A DNA stretch of 64,000 bases, from NCBI GenBank assembly GCA_021108215.1, contig JAIORK010000050.1, positions 10,498 to 74,497 of the forward strand. Direction: 5' to 3'. The position numbers and the translations under genes are program-made. This document shows, piece by piece, positions 1 through 8,466 of this stretch. Origin of the DNA: a bacterium (GTDB lineage: Bacteria > Oederibacteriota > JAAXVQ01 > JAUVAV01). Position 1 is the stretch's first letter. Each line of letters opens with the position of its first letter. The notes below the pieces were generated by a model. It did not search any database. It was not told the origin of the DNA and saw only the letters and a list, made by a program, of their open reading frames with translations.

Positions 1-1178
1 ACATTGACCATAAACATCGGAATCAGCATGGGAACAATGAAACGGAACTGAGTGAACACCCAGGAAGCAGCCATTCCGTACATAAAAACCGCCCCCAGCA
101 ATACAACGAAGCCCTTGATCGGTTTCATGCGGACGCAAATCAGGGACAACACCAATGCCATTAAATAATACAGAATAGTTGCCGCCCAACCGGGAATCAC
201 AGAAAAATAGTCCTCTTCCATAATGGTATTGAGTGCATTGGCATGAATTTCCACACCCGGCGTAGATGAGATTACACCCTTTTGATTTTCTTCCACATAA
301 TGAAAAAACGGAGTGGCATGATCATCCTGAGCTTCTGTAAACAAAGGACCAATCAAAATGATTTTATCCTTAAAAACCCCGGCATCCATAAGACCCTGAA
401 AAATATCATCATCAACAATATTATCAAACGAGATGGTACGGAAGTGTCCGCGCGCGCCCCTGAAATTGATCCGCATATTGGCATTGCGCTCCACGTTAAT
501 TTTCATGGGACCGTAATTAAGAATCCTTTTCGTCAACGTCACCATCGGCTTTTTTATTTTATAGTATCGGGATAATATTTTAAGCGTGAATGACTGGTAT
601 AATTTCCCCTGATGTTTCCTGACCAGCGCCGCATGCCGGACAATCCCATCTTTATCCGCCCAGTAATTGACATACCCGACATGGGTCTTGCCCGGATCAA
701 TATTCGGGATCGGCGCAACATACGACGTTTCCAGACCTGCAGTGGTTTTTTTTGCATAAAATTTACTTCCCAGCACAATCCAGGCACGGGAACGGACAAT
801 CGCATCCCCAAGAATTTTATCCTGCTTGCGTTTTTCTTCATCACTGGGTTCGGAAAAAATTAAGTCAAAGGCCACCACCCTCGCACCGGCTTTGGATAAA
901 TTATCAATCGCTTTGGCGTAAATAGAACGCGGCCAGGGCCAACGCACTTTCAAGGAGCTCAGCGTCTGATCATCAATCGCCACAATCACAATTTTATCTT
1001 CCGGCCCCGGAGCAACCGTATCCATCATCTTGTATCTAAAATCGAGCATCTTGTTTTCATAGACTTCCGCAAAATCCAAATAATCCAATACGGAAAATAA
1101 TGTTGCCACCAAAAGCGCAATAAAAACAGCCATCTTGGTCTTGCTGACCTTTGCCAGATACTCTCGAATATTCAGCAT
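1..1178 (-). CDS. CHASE2 domain sensor protein, N-terminal part (gene continues past window start)
   Basis: Minus-strand reading frame from ATG at 1178 with no stop before position 1. Translation MLNIREYLAKVSKTKMAVFIALL...IVIVAIDDQTLSSLKVRWPWPRSIYAKAIDNLSKAGARVVAFDLIFSEPS carries the CHASE2 extracytoplasmic sensor hallmark, followed by TM helices near the window edge. Not in the ORF track because it runs off the edge. Confidence 0.7.
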   Translation of the reverse strand, partial: MLNIREYLAKVSKTKMAVFIALLVATLFSVLDYLDFAEVYENKMLDFRYKMMDTVAPGPEDKIVIVAIDDQTLSSLKVRWPWPRSIYAKAIDNLSKAGARVVAFDLIFSEPSDEEKRKQDKILGDAIVRSRAWIVLGSKFYAKKTTAGLETSYVAPIPNIDPGKTHVGYVNYWADKDGIVRHAALVRKHQGKLYQSFTLKILSRYYKIKKPMVTLTKRILNYGPMKINVERNANMRINFRGARGHFRTISFDNIVDDDIFQGLMDAGVFKDKIILIGPLFTEAQDDHATPFFHYVEENQKGVISSTPGVEIHANALNTIMEEDYFSVIPGWAATILYYLMALVLSLICVRMKPIKGFVVLLGAVFMYGMAASWVFTQFRFIVPMLIPMFMVN

Positions 1179-2488
1179 GCTTCCCCCCTGGAAACGTGAT
1201 ATTCCTGCCCGTCAAATCCTGTAATACAGCCTGCGGCCAAAAGGCCAGCCTGTCCCGGCAGCTTCATCTGGGCGCGGTCATAGGTCTCGGTCGTGCCCAC
1301 CCAAACTCCGGGTTCTTTTTCCTGTTCCAGCAAAACCTTGACCGCAGATCCGATACGGCCGGTGCAATAGTCCGCATGTAGTTGTTTCCCGATTTCGCGC
1401 AGTTCCCCGGCCCGGTCGGTAATCTCACGCTGCAAAATTTTATCCGGCAAAGCCGCAGCGCTGGTCCCCGGGCGGGCGGAAAACGGAAAAACATGTAATC
1501 TTACCATGTTACATTGTTTTATCAACTCACAAGTATTCTCAAACGCTTCCCGGCTCTCACCGGGAAAACCCACAATCACATCCCCGGTGAAAACATAGTC
1601 AGGCCGGGAACAACGCAGAGTTTCTATACAATGATGAAAATATTCCGCCGTATACGTTCTTCCCATGGCTTGCAAAATAACATTGTCCCCGCTTTGCAAT
1701 GGCAGGTGGAGATGCGGGCAGAGTTTTTCATCTGCATTGATTAGAACGTGGATCAAGTCGTCATTAAGGTGCTGGGGTTCAATCGAAGAGAGCCGGATTC
1801 TGAAATCACCCGGCACTGCCAATAATTCAGGAATCAAGTGTGCCAGTCCAGGCTGCCAGCAACCGATATTCACGCCTGTAATGACGATTTCCTGAAATCC
1901 TTTCTCTACCAACCGGCGCATCTCCGTCAGAATATCCGCCAGCGGCCGGGAAATGGGTTTGCCCCGCGCCAGCCGGACACGGCAAAAAGTACAAATCCCA
2001 TCACAGCCATCTTCTATTTTAATCATGGCCCGGGACTTATTCTGATGAATTTCATCAGATGCTTGCATGAAAAAACCCTTATCAGCACCCTTGGACTCGC
2101 AAACAACTGCCGACTGATGAAGCGCCGCCTCAATCAGCTCACCGGCTTGATCGCGCTTGGCCTGGTCAATGACTGCAATCACGCCCGGCAAAGCGCGTAG
2201 TGTCTCCTTTTCCATTTCCGCCAAACAACCACTGACCGCCACCAGCGTCTGAGGATTTTCTTTTTGCGCCTGCAGGATAAATCGGCGGGAATCACGGTCC
2301 GCCCGCTGCGTCACCGTGCAGGTATGGACCAATACCAAATCAGGTGGTTGCCCGTCTTTACCGGGCTGCCAACCGCGGGCCTCCAGCTGGGCTGCCAGCA
2401 TCGCGGCCTCAACCTGATTGACCTTACAGCCCACAACTTTGACGCTGAATGTATGCTTTTTATTCCGGATCATGCCACCATTATGCAA
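1172..2488 (-). CDS. radical SAM tRNA methylthiotransferase, MiaB/RimO/MtaB family
   Basis: N-terminal MTTase domain (VKVVGCKVNQVEAA), radical SAM CxxxCxxC (CDGICTFCRV), C-terminal TRAM-like region. The N-terminus is MtaB-like. Confidence 0.85.
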   Translation of the reverse strand: MHNGGMIRNKKHTFSVKVVGCKVNQVEAAMLAAQLEARGWQPGKDGQPPDLVLVHTCTVTQRADRDSRRFILQAQKENPQTLVAVSGCLAEMEKETLRALPGVIAVIDQAKRDQAGELIEAALHQSAVVCESKGADKGFFMQASDEIHQNKSRAMIKIEDGCDGICTFCRVRLARGKPISRPLADILTEMRRLVEKGFQEIVITGVNIGCWQPGLAHLIPELLAVPGDFRIRLSSIEPQHLNDDLIHVLINADEKLCPHLHLPLQSGDNVILQAMGRTYTAEYFHHCIETLRCSRPDYVFTGDVIVGFPGESREAFENTCELIKQCNMVRLHVFPFSARPGTSAAALPDKILQREITDRAGELREIGKQLHADYCTGRIGSAVKVLLEQEKEPGVWVGTTETYDRAQMKLPGQAGLLAAGCITGFDGQEYHVSRGEAC

Positions 2489-2533
2489 GAAAACCGTTAT
2501 TGTTCAAATAAAAATAAGAATAAAAATCCATCC

Positions 2534-2624
2534 ACGAATTTACACGAATAGTCACGAATCCAAATCAAATGGGGTATAGCAAAAATCAAAAATACTACGG
2601 GACGTATTTACTACGGGACGTATT
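2534..2624. repeat. short tandem direct repeats (cacgaat x3 at roughly 10-nt spacing; 17-nt tactacgggacgtattt x2)
   Basis: Read directly in the intergenic region between the MTTase start and the higA stop. Confidence 0.6.
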
Positions 2625-2728
2625 TGAATTAAGGAATTAAGAACCATCCACCCTATTTCCCTATTTCAAATACGTCCCCTTATACGTCCCTTATATAGTC
2701 GTAGGGAACGGTCGCGACCGTTCCCTAC
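2614..2728. repeat. palindromic repeat element A
   Basis: A 14-bp inverted repeat (gggacgtatttgaa / ttcaaatacgtccc) encloses a 38-nt loop. A perfect 12-bp-arm palindrome gtagggaacggtcgcgaccgttccctac sits at 2701-2728. The same arm sequence and the ttcaaatacgtcccc motif recur at 19826-19954. Confidence 0.6.
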
Positions 2729-2778
2729 TGTAGTTCATTGTCTCGTCTGATTCGCGGATAGAGCAAAATTATTTAACC

Positions 2779-3066
2779 CTACCGTGATACTTTCAGTCTG
2801 AACCCCAGGGAATGCAGGATGGTGATGATGTTCATGAGTCCGGGATTGCCTTTACCGGATGTCATTTTGTACAAACTAACCCGGTTGATGTCTGTCTTTT
2901 TAGCAATTTTTGACATGCCGCCTTGGGCTTCGGCTACATTGCGTATAGCCATAAGAAAAGCATTTTTTTCTCCAGCTTCCATCGCGGCATTAAGGTAAGC
3001 GATTGCCTCACGTGTATCTTTCAGGTCATGAATAAGGTCTTTCTGGTAGCTTCTGGACGCTTTCAT
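2779..3066 (-). CDS. higA: HTH-type antitoxin, HigA-like addiction module antidote protein
   Basis: About 95 aa with the HTH motif ...REAIAYLNAAMEAGEKNAFLMAIRNVAEAQGGMSKIAKKTDINRVSLYKM. The start ATG overlaps the toxin stop (ATGA), and the gene lies immediately downstream of the killer gene. Confidence 0.7.
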   Translation of the reverse strand: MKASRSYQKDLIHDLKDTREAIAYLNAAMEAGEKNAFLMAIRNVAEAQGGMSKIAKKTDINRVSLYKMTSGKGNPGLMNIITILHSLGFRLKVSR

Positions 3067-3395
3067 AATTTTATTCTCCTTAAATAATCCTGCCAATATT
3101 GCTTTGCTTTTCGGATATCCTGTTTTTGGGTATTTTTTATACCACCGTATAACAAAAGAACTATTTTGCGCCCTTGTTCTCCATAGTATATCCGATATCC
3201 AGGTCCATAATGAATCCGCAGTTCCTGAATACCCTCTCCAAGAAAACGGTGATCGCCTGAATTTCCCAATCGTAAACGGTCCAATCGTGCCCGGACTTGT
3301 GCGCGTACTTTTTCATCATGCAACGAGAGCAACCATTTACGAAACGGACACTTCCCTTCACTTGTTTCAAATTGGAGAATAACCCGAATACTCAA
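3063..3395 (-). CDS. higB: addiction module killer protein, HigB/RelE-like toxin
   Basis: 110 aa. The RelE/ParE-fold family signature is ...FRKWLLSL.D...RAQVRARLDRLRLGNSGDHRFLGEGIQELRIHYGPGYRIYY. The toxin-first, antitoxin-second arrangement is typical of HigBA. Confidence 0.7.
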   Translation of the reverse strand: MSIRVILQFETSEGKCPFRKWLLSLHDEKVRAQVRARLDRLRLGNSGDHRFLGEGIQELRIHYGPGYRIYYGEQGRKIVLLLYGGIKNTQKQDIRKAKQYWQDYLRRIKL

Positions 3396-3757
3396 TCCGC
3401 CACCCCTTAAGTGTAGCCCGTAGTTAACACTTTGTCAATGCCCGGCATACAAGGTGAGACTGATTTTTTTATGTTTTCTTGCATATTATTTTTTTTTTAT
3501 TTTCATACAAGTGGAAAAAGAGTAATTCCAGGCATGGTTTCGTACAATCAGGGAATCAAAGAAACAGCGTTTGGTTTCATCCTGTTATTTTGCTTTTCCT
3601 TGCGCTCTCCGCGCCTTGGCGCGAGGATGATTTTAATTTTACCCTAATATTTTTTATCTGCCGGTCCTACGAATCAAATATTTTAATATCAGAGAGTAGG
3701 GTGGAAGATGTAATTATTTATACTAATTGGTGTATGTGTTTACGCAGAATATTCAAT

Positions 3758-3781
3758 AGGGGCGACCGAATGGTCGCCCCT
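3758..3781. terminator. perfect 10-bp GC-rich hairpin (aggggcgacc gaat ggtcgcccct) downstream of dapL
   Basis: Inverted repeat read directly; no strong T-tract on either side, so the terminator function is uncertain. Confidence 0.4.
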
Positions 3782-3814
3782 ATAATTAATCTCACAAGTC
3801 AACTTAAGACAAAT

Positions 3815-5053
3815 TTAAAATTCAAACTCTACTTCTGACAACCGTTTTTTAATTTCATCAATGACTTTTTTCTCATCCTCCGGTGTGGATGCATCAAAGG
3901 TGGCTGAAAACCGGACAAATGCACCGGCATCATCCCAGGGCACGGTTGAGATCAGTTTTTCACGTATCATAAATTGAGAAAACGCCTCTGCACTCGCAAA
4001 TGACTCGCCGCCTTTAATTCCCTTGGGAATCGGCATATATAAGTAGAAGGTTCCTTTCGGCTTTTCTGCCTTGAAGCCGACTGATTGCAAGGCTTCTGCC
4101 AACAGTCCTAAACGGCGGGAATACTTCTCTTTTGTTTTCTCTGTAATCTCCGGATGTTCCAGACAGTGAATACCAGCATATTGAATCGCCAAAAATTGCC
4201 CGGAATCATTGTTGTCTTTGACAGTTGCAAAAGCTTTCACAATTTTTTCGTTGCCGCATACAAACGCCAACCGCCAACCGGTCATATTGTAGGCTTTGGA
4301 TAGCGACTGAATGGCCACACCAACTTCTTTGGCACCGGAAACTGACAAAAAAGATAATGGCTTGACATCATCATAAACGAGTGCAGCATACGCTTCATCC
4401 GAGATAACGACCACACTGTTTTCTTTGGCAAACTTGATCACTTTTTCATAAAACGCAACAGTTGCCGCCCCACCGGTTGGATTATTGGGATAATTGATAT
4501 AAAACAGCTTGGCTTTTTGTTTCTGCTCTTTTGTCAGCGAATCCAAATCAGGCAAAAAATCATTTTCTTTGGTTAATGGCAAATTCACCACTTCACCGCC
4601 CAAACCTTTTGCCTGCGACCCAAGCACCGGGTATCCCGGCACGGTCATGATGGTAATGTCACCTGGATTGATAAAAGCGGACGGCATCAAGGCCAACGCC
4701 GGTTTGGAGCCAATGGCATGAACCACTTCGTTTACCGGGTCCAAATCCTCCACGCCAAAAACAGTCTTCATATATTTAGCAGCAGCATCTTTAAAATCCT
4801 GACAACCATTATCAGCATAACCGCGATTCCCGGGTTTCTTAGCATTTTCAAACAACGCGTCAACCACTTCCGGTTCAGCCATCCAATCCGGCTCACCCAC
4901 ACCCATATCAATCAATGCCACACCCGGATTCGCTTCCATGACAGCTTTTTTAGCACGTTTGATTTTTTCGAATTTATAGATAACCGTCGATTTCCCAAAC
5001 TGATTCCCACCGAGTCTTTCCGCGATCAATCCTTGAATATAAGTTTCCGACAT
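3815..5053 (-). CDS. dapL: PLP-dependent aminotransferase, LL-diaminopimelate aminotransferase (DapL)-like
   Basis: 412 aa class-I aminotransferase with NYPNNPTG and SLSKAYNMTGWRLAF (PLP lysine) motifs. Length and motifs fit the DapL family. Confidence 0.6.
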   Translation of the reverse strand: MSETYIQGLIAERLGGNQFGKSTVIYKFEKIKRAKKAVMEANPGVALIDMGVGEPDWMAEPEVVDALFENAKKPGNRGYADNGCQDFKDAAAKYMKTVFGVEDLDPVNEVVHAIGSKPALALMPSAFINPGDITIMTVPGYPVLGSQAKGLGGEVVNLPLTKENDFLPDLDSLTKEQKQKAKLFYINYPNNPTGGAATVAFYEKVIKFAKENSVVVISDEAYAALVYDDVKPLSFLSVSGAKEVGVAIQSLSKAYNMTGWRLAFVCGNEKIVKAFATVKDNNDSGQFLAIQYAGIHCLEHPEITEKTKEKYSRRLGLLAEALQSVGFKAEKPKGTFYLYMPIPKGIKGGESFASAEAFSQFMIREKLISTVPWDDAGAFVRFSATFDASTPEDEKKVIDEIKKRLSEVEFEF

Positions 5054-5227
5054 ATTTTCACTCCCTTAGAAATAAACTTCAGCACCCTTCCGCGACAATA
5101 ACAGGACTCCCTTGATTTCCAAAAAAATCACTGTTTTTTAGTAAGCTAAAATACAAGGAATTGCTCATCTCAGCAACCATTTTTTCTCGTCAATTCGGTA
5201 TAAAGTCTTTATTTTTTCTGCCGATGC

Positions 5228-8200
5228 TTGTCCTATCATTTATTATCGGAGGACAATGTGAAAAAAATCCATTTTGTATATCGCATCCCAATTTGTCTTT
5301 TCAGCTTCTTTTTACTTTCTGTCACCCTTGGTCACGCCGCCACCTATACTGTCACTAACACCAATGATAGCGGCGGCGGTTCATTCAGACAGGCTGTGCT
5401 GGATGCCAACGCTAATGGAGGCCCGGATGTTATTACCTTTACCGGCGGCTTGGGAACCATTACGGTTTCTTCCTATATTCCTGTCAATGATACGGTATTA
5501 ATGAACGGCAATGGTACCCAGGTTGTTTCCGGCGGCACAACAACCAATTTGGTTTATTTTGCAGCGGGTAGTGACGGCAGTACGATTACCGGGATGGCGT
5601 TTATTCAATCTTTGGGTTACGGTCTCGGGATTTATTCTAGTTGTAATAAAGTCTACAACTGCCGGTTTGGAACAGACTGGAGCGATACTCCCGGCTTAGG
5701 TAATAACTTTGGTCTATCTGTTAGTGGCAGTCATTACAATGATATTGGCGGAACAACAGGTGGTGAAAAAAACGTCATGTCCGGTAATAACAATACCGGC
5801 TTAGGTGTAAATAATGCTATTGGTACTCGTATCCGCGGTAACCATATTGGAACGAACAGCGCCGGAACAGCCGCTCTGGCCAATCCAACCGGACTCCAGT
5901 TATACGGCAACACGATGATGACTATGGTTGGCGGCAACCGTTCTTCCGGTGAAGGTAATTTGATTGCCGGCAACAGCAGTTATGGAGTTTATTTTAATAA
6001 TACTGAAGTATTTGGGAATACTCTTGTTGGAAATACCATTGGTGTTCAATTAACTCAGGATGCCGAGATTCCTAATCAGGTAGGTATGATGCTATACAAA
6101 TCATCAGGAAATCACATTGGTCTTCCAACCTCAGGCTATGAAAACATTATTGCCGGAAGCAATTCCTATGGCCTCTGGCTTTGGGTCGGCAGCACTTCTA
6201 CAGATCCGCATCCAGCTTGGAATCGTATCCAGAACAACTATATTGGTATCTGCCCTGATACCGGTAATGTCTATCCTAATGTTAATGGTATCTTTCTAAA
6301 TTATGCCGACAGCAATTTAATTGGTGGTGATTATGCCGCCGGTGAAGGCAATGTGATTTCCGGTAATACCTATCACGGTATTTATATGCTGCAAGGCATG
6401 GGCAATACTATTTGCGGTAATTTTATTGGCACTAATTTATCAGGCGCTGCTGAAGCTCATAATTCCGGTTGCGGCATTCGTATTGCTGCCGGCCATGGTA
6501 ATTTAATCGGCGGTCAGAATATCGGAGGAGCTTTCCGTTATGGCAATCTCATCTCCGGTAATTATCAACATGGTATTTCTTTTGAACGGGAAATTGTCGG
6601 TGAGCAACAGCGGGAGAATAAAATTTACGGCAACTGGATTGGCTTAAATCTAACCGGCACCGCTACGATTCCCAATTCGCAAAGTGGTATCAATTTTTAT
6701 ATTAATGCCGGTGATAATTATATCGGTACCTCGAATAGTGATTACCGCAATGTTATCTCCGGTAATGGCTGGTACGGCTTTCGCTCGCACTATGGTTTTA
6801 ATAATAAGGTTTATGGCAACTATATCGGAACCGACATTAATGGAACTGCTTTTCTTCCCAATAGCAATGACGCCCTTTACTGGACGCACAGTTACCGTAA
6901 CCGTATCGGCGGCACCTCTGCCGGCGAAGGAAATATTATTTGCGGTTCCAGCACCAACGGCATTTATTTATCCGATAGTTTTGAAAATACAATTATTGCC
7001 AATTATATCGGCACCTTGGCAAACACAACTGTTACCACTCCAAATCTGACCAATGGTATTTATCTGACTGATTGGAGTCATACCAACTGGATCGGCCTGA
7101 AAGCATCCAATTTGGGCAATATGGTTGCCGGACCGGATAATGGTATTCAAATTGCCCATGACAATGCTGATAGTGTTATGCTCAGCACCAATACAATTTG
7201 TGCCTTCAGCACAGCGGGTATTACCTTGGCCGCCGGCGCCAATAACAACCAGTCGGTTCCTGCCATCACTTCTCACGATGACGATTGGCTCTACGGCACC
7301 TGTGTCAGTGGTGATGATGTGATTGAAGTATTTGTCGCCGGCCGGGGCGAAGGCAGTTCCGGCGGCAGTTTAACTTTTGTCGGACGAACCACTGCCATCA
7401 TCGAAACCTCATGGGGACTTAATGCCCCCGGTCGCTTTAGCACCAGTGGCGATATGTTTACCGCCATTGCAACCAATGGTATGAACAGTTCCGCCTTTGC
7501 CGCAAACTATATGATCCCCTATCCATCAACACCAACCTTTACCGTAACCACCACTCCCAGTATGACACCAACACCTACCATCACATCCACCATCACCCGG
7601 ACTGCCACACCTTCCACCACCATAACGTATACAAGCACCCCAAGCGCAACACCGACGACTACAATAACCAGCACCGCCAGCATGACACCGACTGCGACCA
7701 TAACATCTACAACAACGCCAACCGCCACCGTCACACCAACCAGTACCATCACAATCACCAACACGCCGGGTGACACTCCGACGTTCACTGCCACACCAAC
7801 AATCACGCCAAGCGCCACACCAAGCACAACAGCAACACCAACCCTGACCATAACCCTTACAGCAACTCCGGGTGACACCAGTACCTATACTGCCACCCCG
7901 AGCATAACAGTGACCGTCACGCCAACTGCCACCGCATCCATTACCCGAACCGGTTCCCCCACGCCTACGATCACACCGACGTCTACGGCATCACCTTTTG
8001 TGACCGCCACCCCCACTGCGTCCATTACCCTGACCGCCGTTGTGACCAATACATTTACCACCTCACCGGTTATCAACCCGCCACAAACAAATAAAACAAT
8101 CCCGGCTTTCCCCAACCCTGCAAAAGACACCGTGTTTTTTAGTGTGCCTGAGTTCACGTCCGGGCAATTAAAAATTATTGTTTATAATGTTAACAGCGAG

Positions 8201-8341
8201 CGGGTTTTCGAATTGTCCAGCACCAGCCCCACTGAAATCCTTTCGTGGGATTGCCGCGAAGCCGGTGTTGGTATTTACATTGGTCTTATCACGATTGATA
8301 ATAAAAAAATACGATCATTTAAAATCGCTGTATTAAAATAA
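5228..8341 (+). CDS. T9SS-secreted surface protein: signal peptide, parallel beta-helix repeats, Thr/Pro-rich linker, C-terminal Por/T9SS sorting domain
   Basis: N-terminal signal peptide. Dozens of roughly 22-aa G-N-x-I-G-(T/G)-N repeats typical of a right-handed beta-helix. A 180-aa T/P/S-rich linker (TPTPTITSTITRTATPS...). The last about 85 aa carry T9SS C-terminal-domain motifs (AFPNPAKDTVFF...KIIVYNVNSERVF...GIYIGLITIDNKKIRSFKIAVLK). Confidence 0.85.
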   Translation: MSYHLLSEDNVKKIHFVYRIPICLFSFFLLSVTLGHAATYTVTNTNDSGGGSFRQAVLDANANGGPDVITFTGGLGTITVSSYIPVNDTVLMNGNGTQVVSGGTTTNLVYFAAGSDGSTITGMAFIQSLGYGLGIYSSCNKVYNCRFGTDWSDTPGLGNNFGLSVSGSHYNDIGGTTGGEKNVMSGNNNTGLGVNNAIGTRIRGNHIGTNSAGTAALANPTGLQLYGNTMMTMVGGNRSSGEGNLIAGNSSYGVYFNNTEVFGNTLVGNTIGVQLTQDAEIPNQVGMMLYKSSGNHIGLPTSGYENIIAGSNSYGLWLWVGSTSTDPHPAWNRIQNNYIGICPDTGNVYPNVNGIFLNYADSNLIGGDYAAGEGNVISGNTYHGIYMLQGMGNTICGNFIGTNLSGAAEAHNSGCGIRIAAGHGNLIGGQNIGGAFRYGNLISGNYQHGISFEREIVGEQQRENKIYGNWIGLNLTGTATIPNSQSGINFYINAGDNYIGTSNSDYRNVISGNGWYGFRSHYGFNNKVYGNYIGTDINGTAFLPNSNDALYWTHSYRNRIGGTSAGEGNIICGSSTNGIYLSDSFENTIIANYIGTLANTTVTTPNLTNGIYLTDWSHTNWIGLKASNLGNMVAGPDNGIQIAHDNADSVMLSTNTICAFSTAGITLAAGANNNQSVPAITSHDDDWLYGTCVSGDDVIEVFVAGRGEGSSGGSLTFVGRTTAIIETSWGLNAPGRFSTSGDMFTAIATNGMNSSAFAANYMIPYPSTPTFTVTTTPSMTPTPTITSTITRTATPSTTITYTSTPSATPTTTITSTASMTPTATITSTTTPTATVTPTSTITITNTPGDTPTFTATPTITPSATPSTTATPTLTITLTATPGDTSTYTATPSITVTVTPTATASITRTGSPTPTITPTSTASPFVTATPTASITLTAVVTNTFTTSPVINPPQTNKTIPAFPNPAKDTVFFSVPEFTSGQLKIIVYNVNSERVFELSSTSPTEILSWDCREAGVGIYIGLITIDNKKIRSFKIAVLK

Positions 8342-8347
8342 ATTTCC

Positions 8348-8386
8348 CCAGGGCGGAAATTCTTCAGCATGGGATTTCCGCCCTGG
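8348..8386 (+). terminator. 13-bp stem hairpin (ccagggcggaaat...atttccgccctgg) directly after the T9SS cargo gene
   Basis: Inverted repeat read directly 7 nt after the stop codon. Confidence 0.5.
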
Positions 8387-8466
8387 CATATCACGCTTCA
8401 AACCACCCAAAATTCATTACAAAACACTGTCATCTGCGGATATCCTTCACATTAAAAGCATCCCGA

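Noticed and set aside
1264-2200. Multiple 76-120 aa ORFs on both strands within 1172..2488
   Set aside because: They are nested in or antisense to the radical SAM methylthiotransferase gene, which has complete catalytic motifs.
2701-2728. The gtagggaacggtcgcgaccgttccctac palindrome as a rho-independent terminator
   Set aside because: There is no T-tract on either side. A near-identical palindrome with a different spacer recurs at 19826-19854, so it is better explained as a dispersed repeat or recombination site.
7519-8157. Minus-strand ORFs (119 aa and 90 aa) rich in Val, Gly and Ala, antisense to the T9SS cargo gene
   Set aside because: They are the reverse-complement reading of the Thr/Pro-rich ACN/CCN codon repeats in the linker of 5228..8341. 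Their composition is low-complexity and they are fully nested in a well-supported gene.
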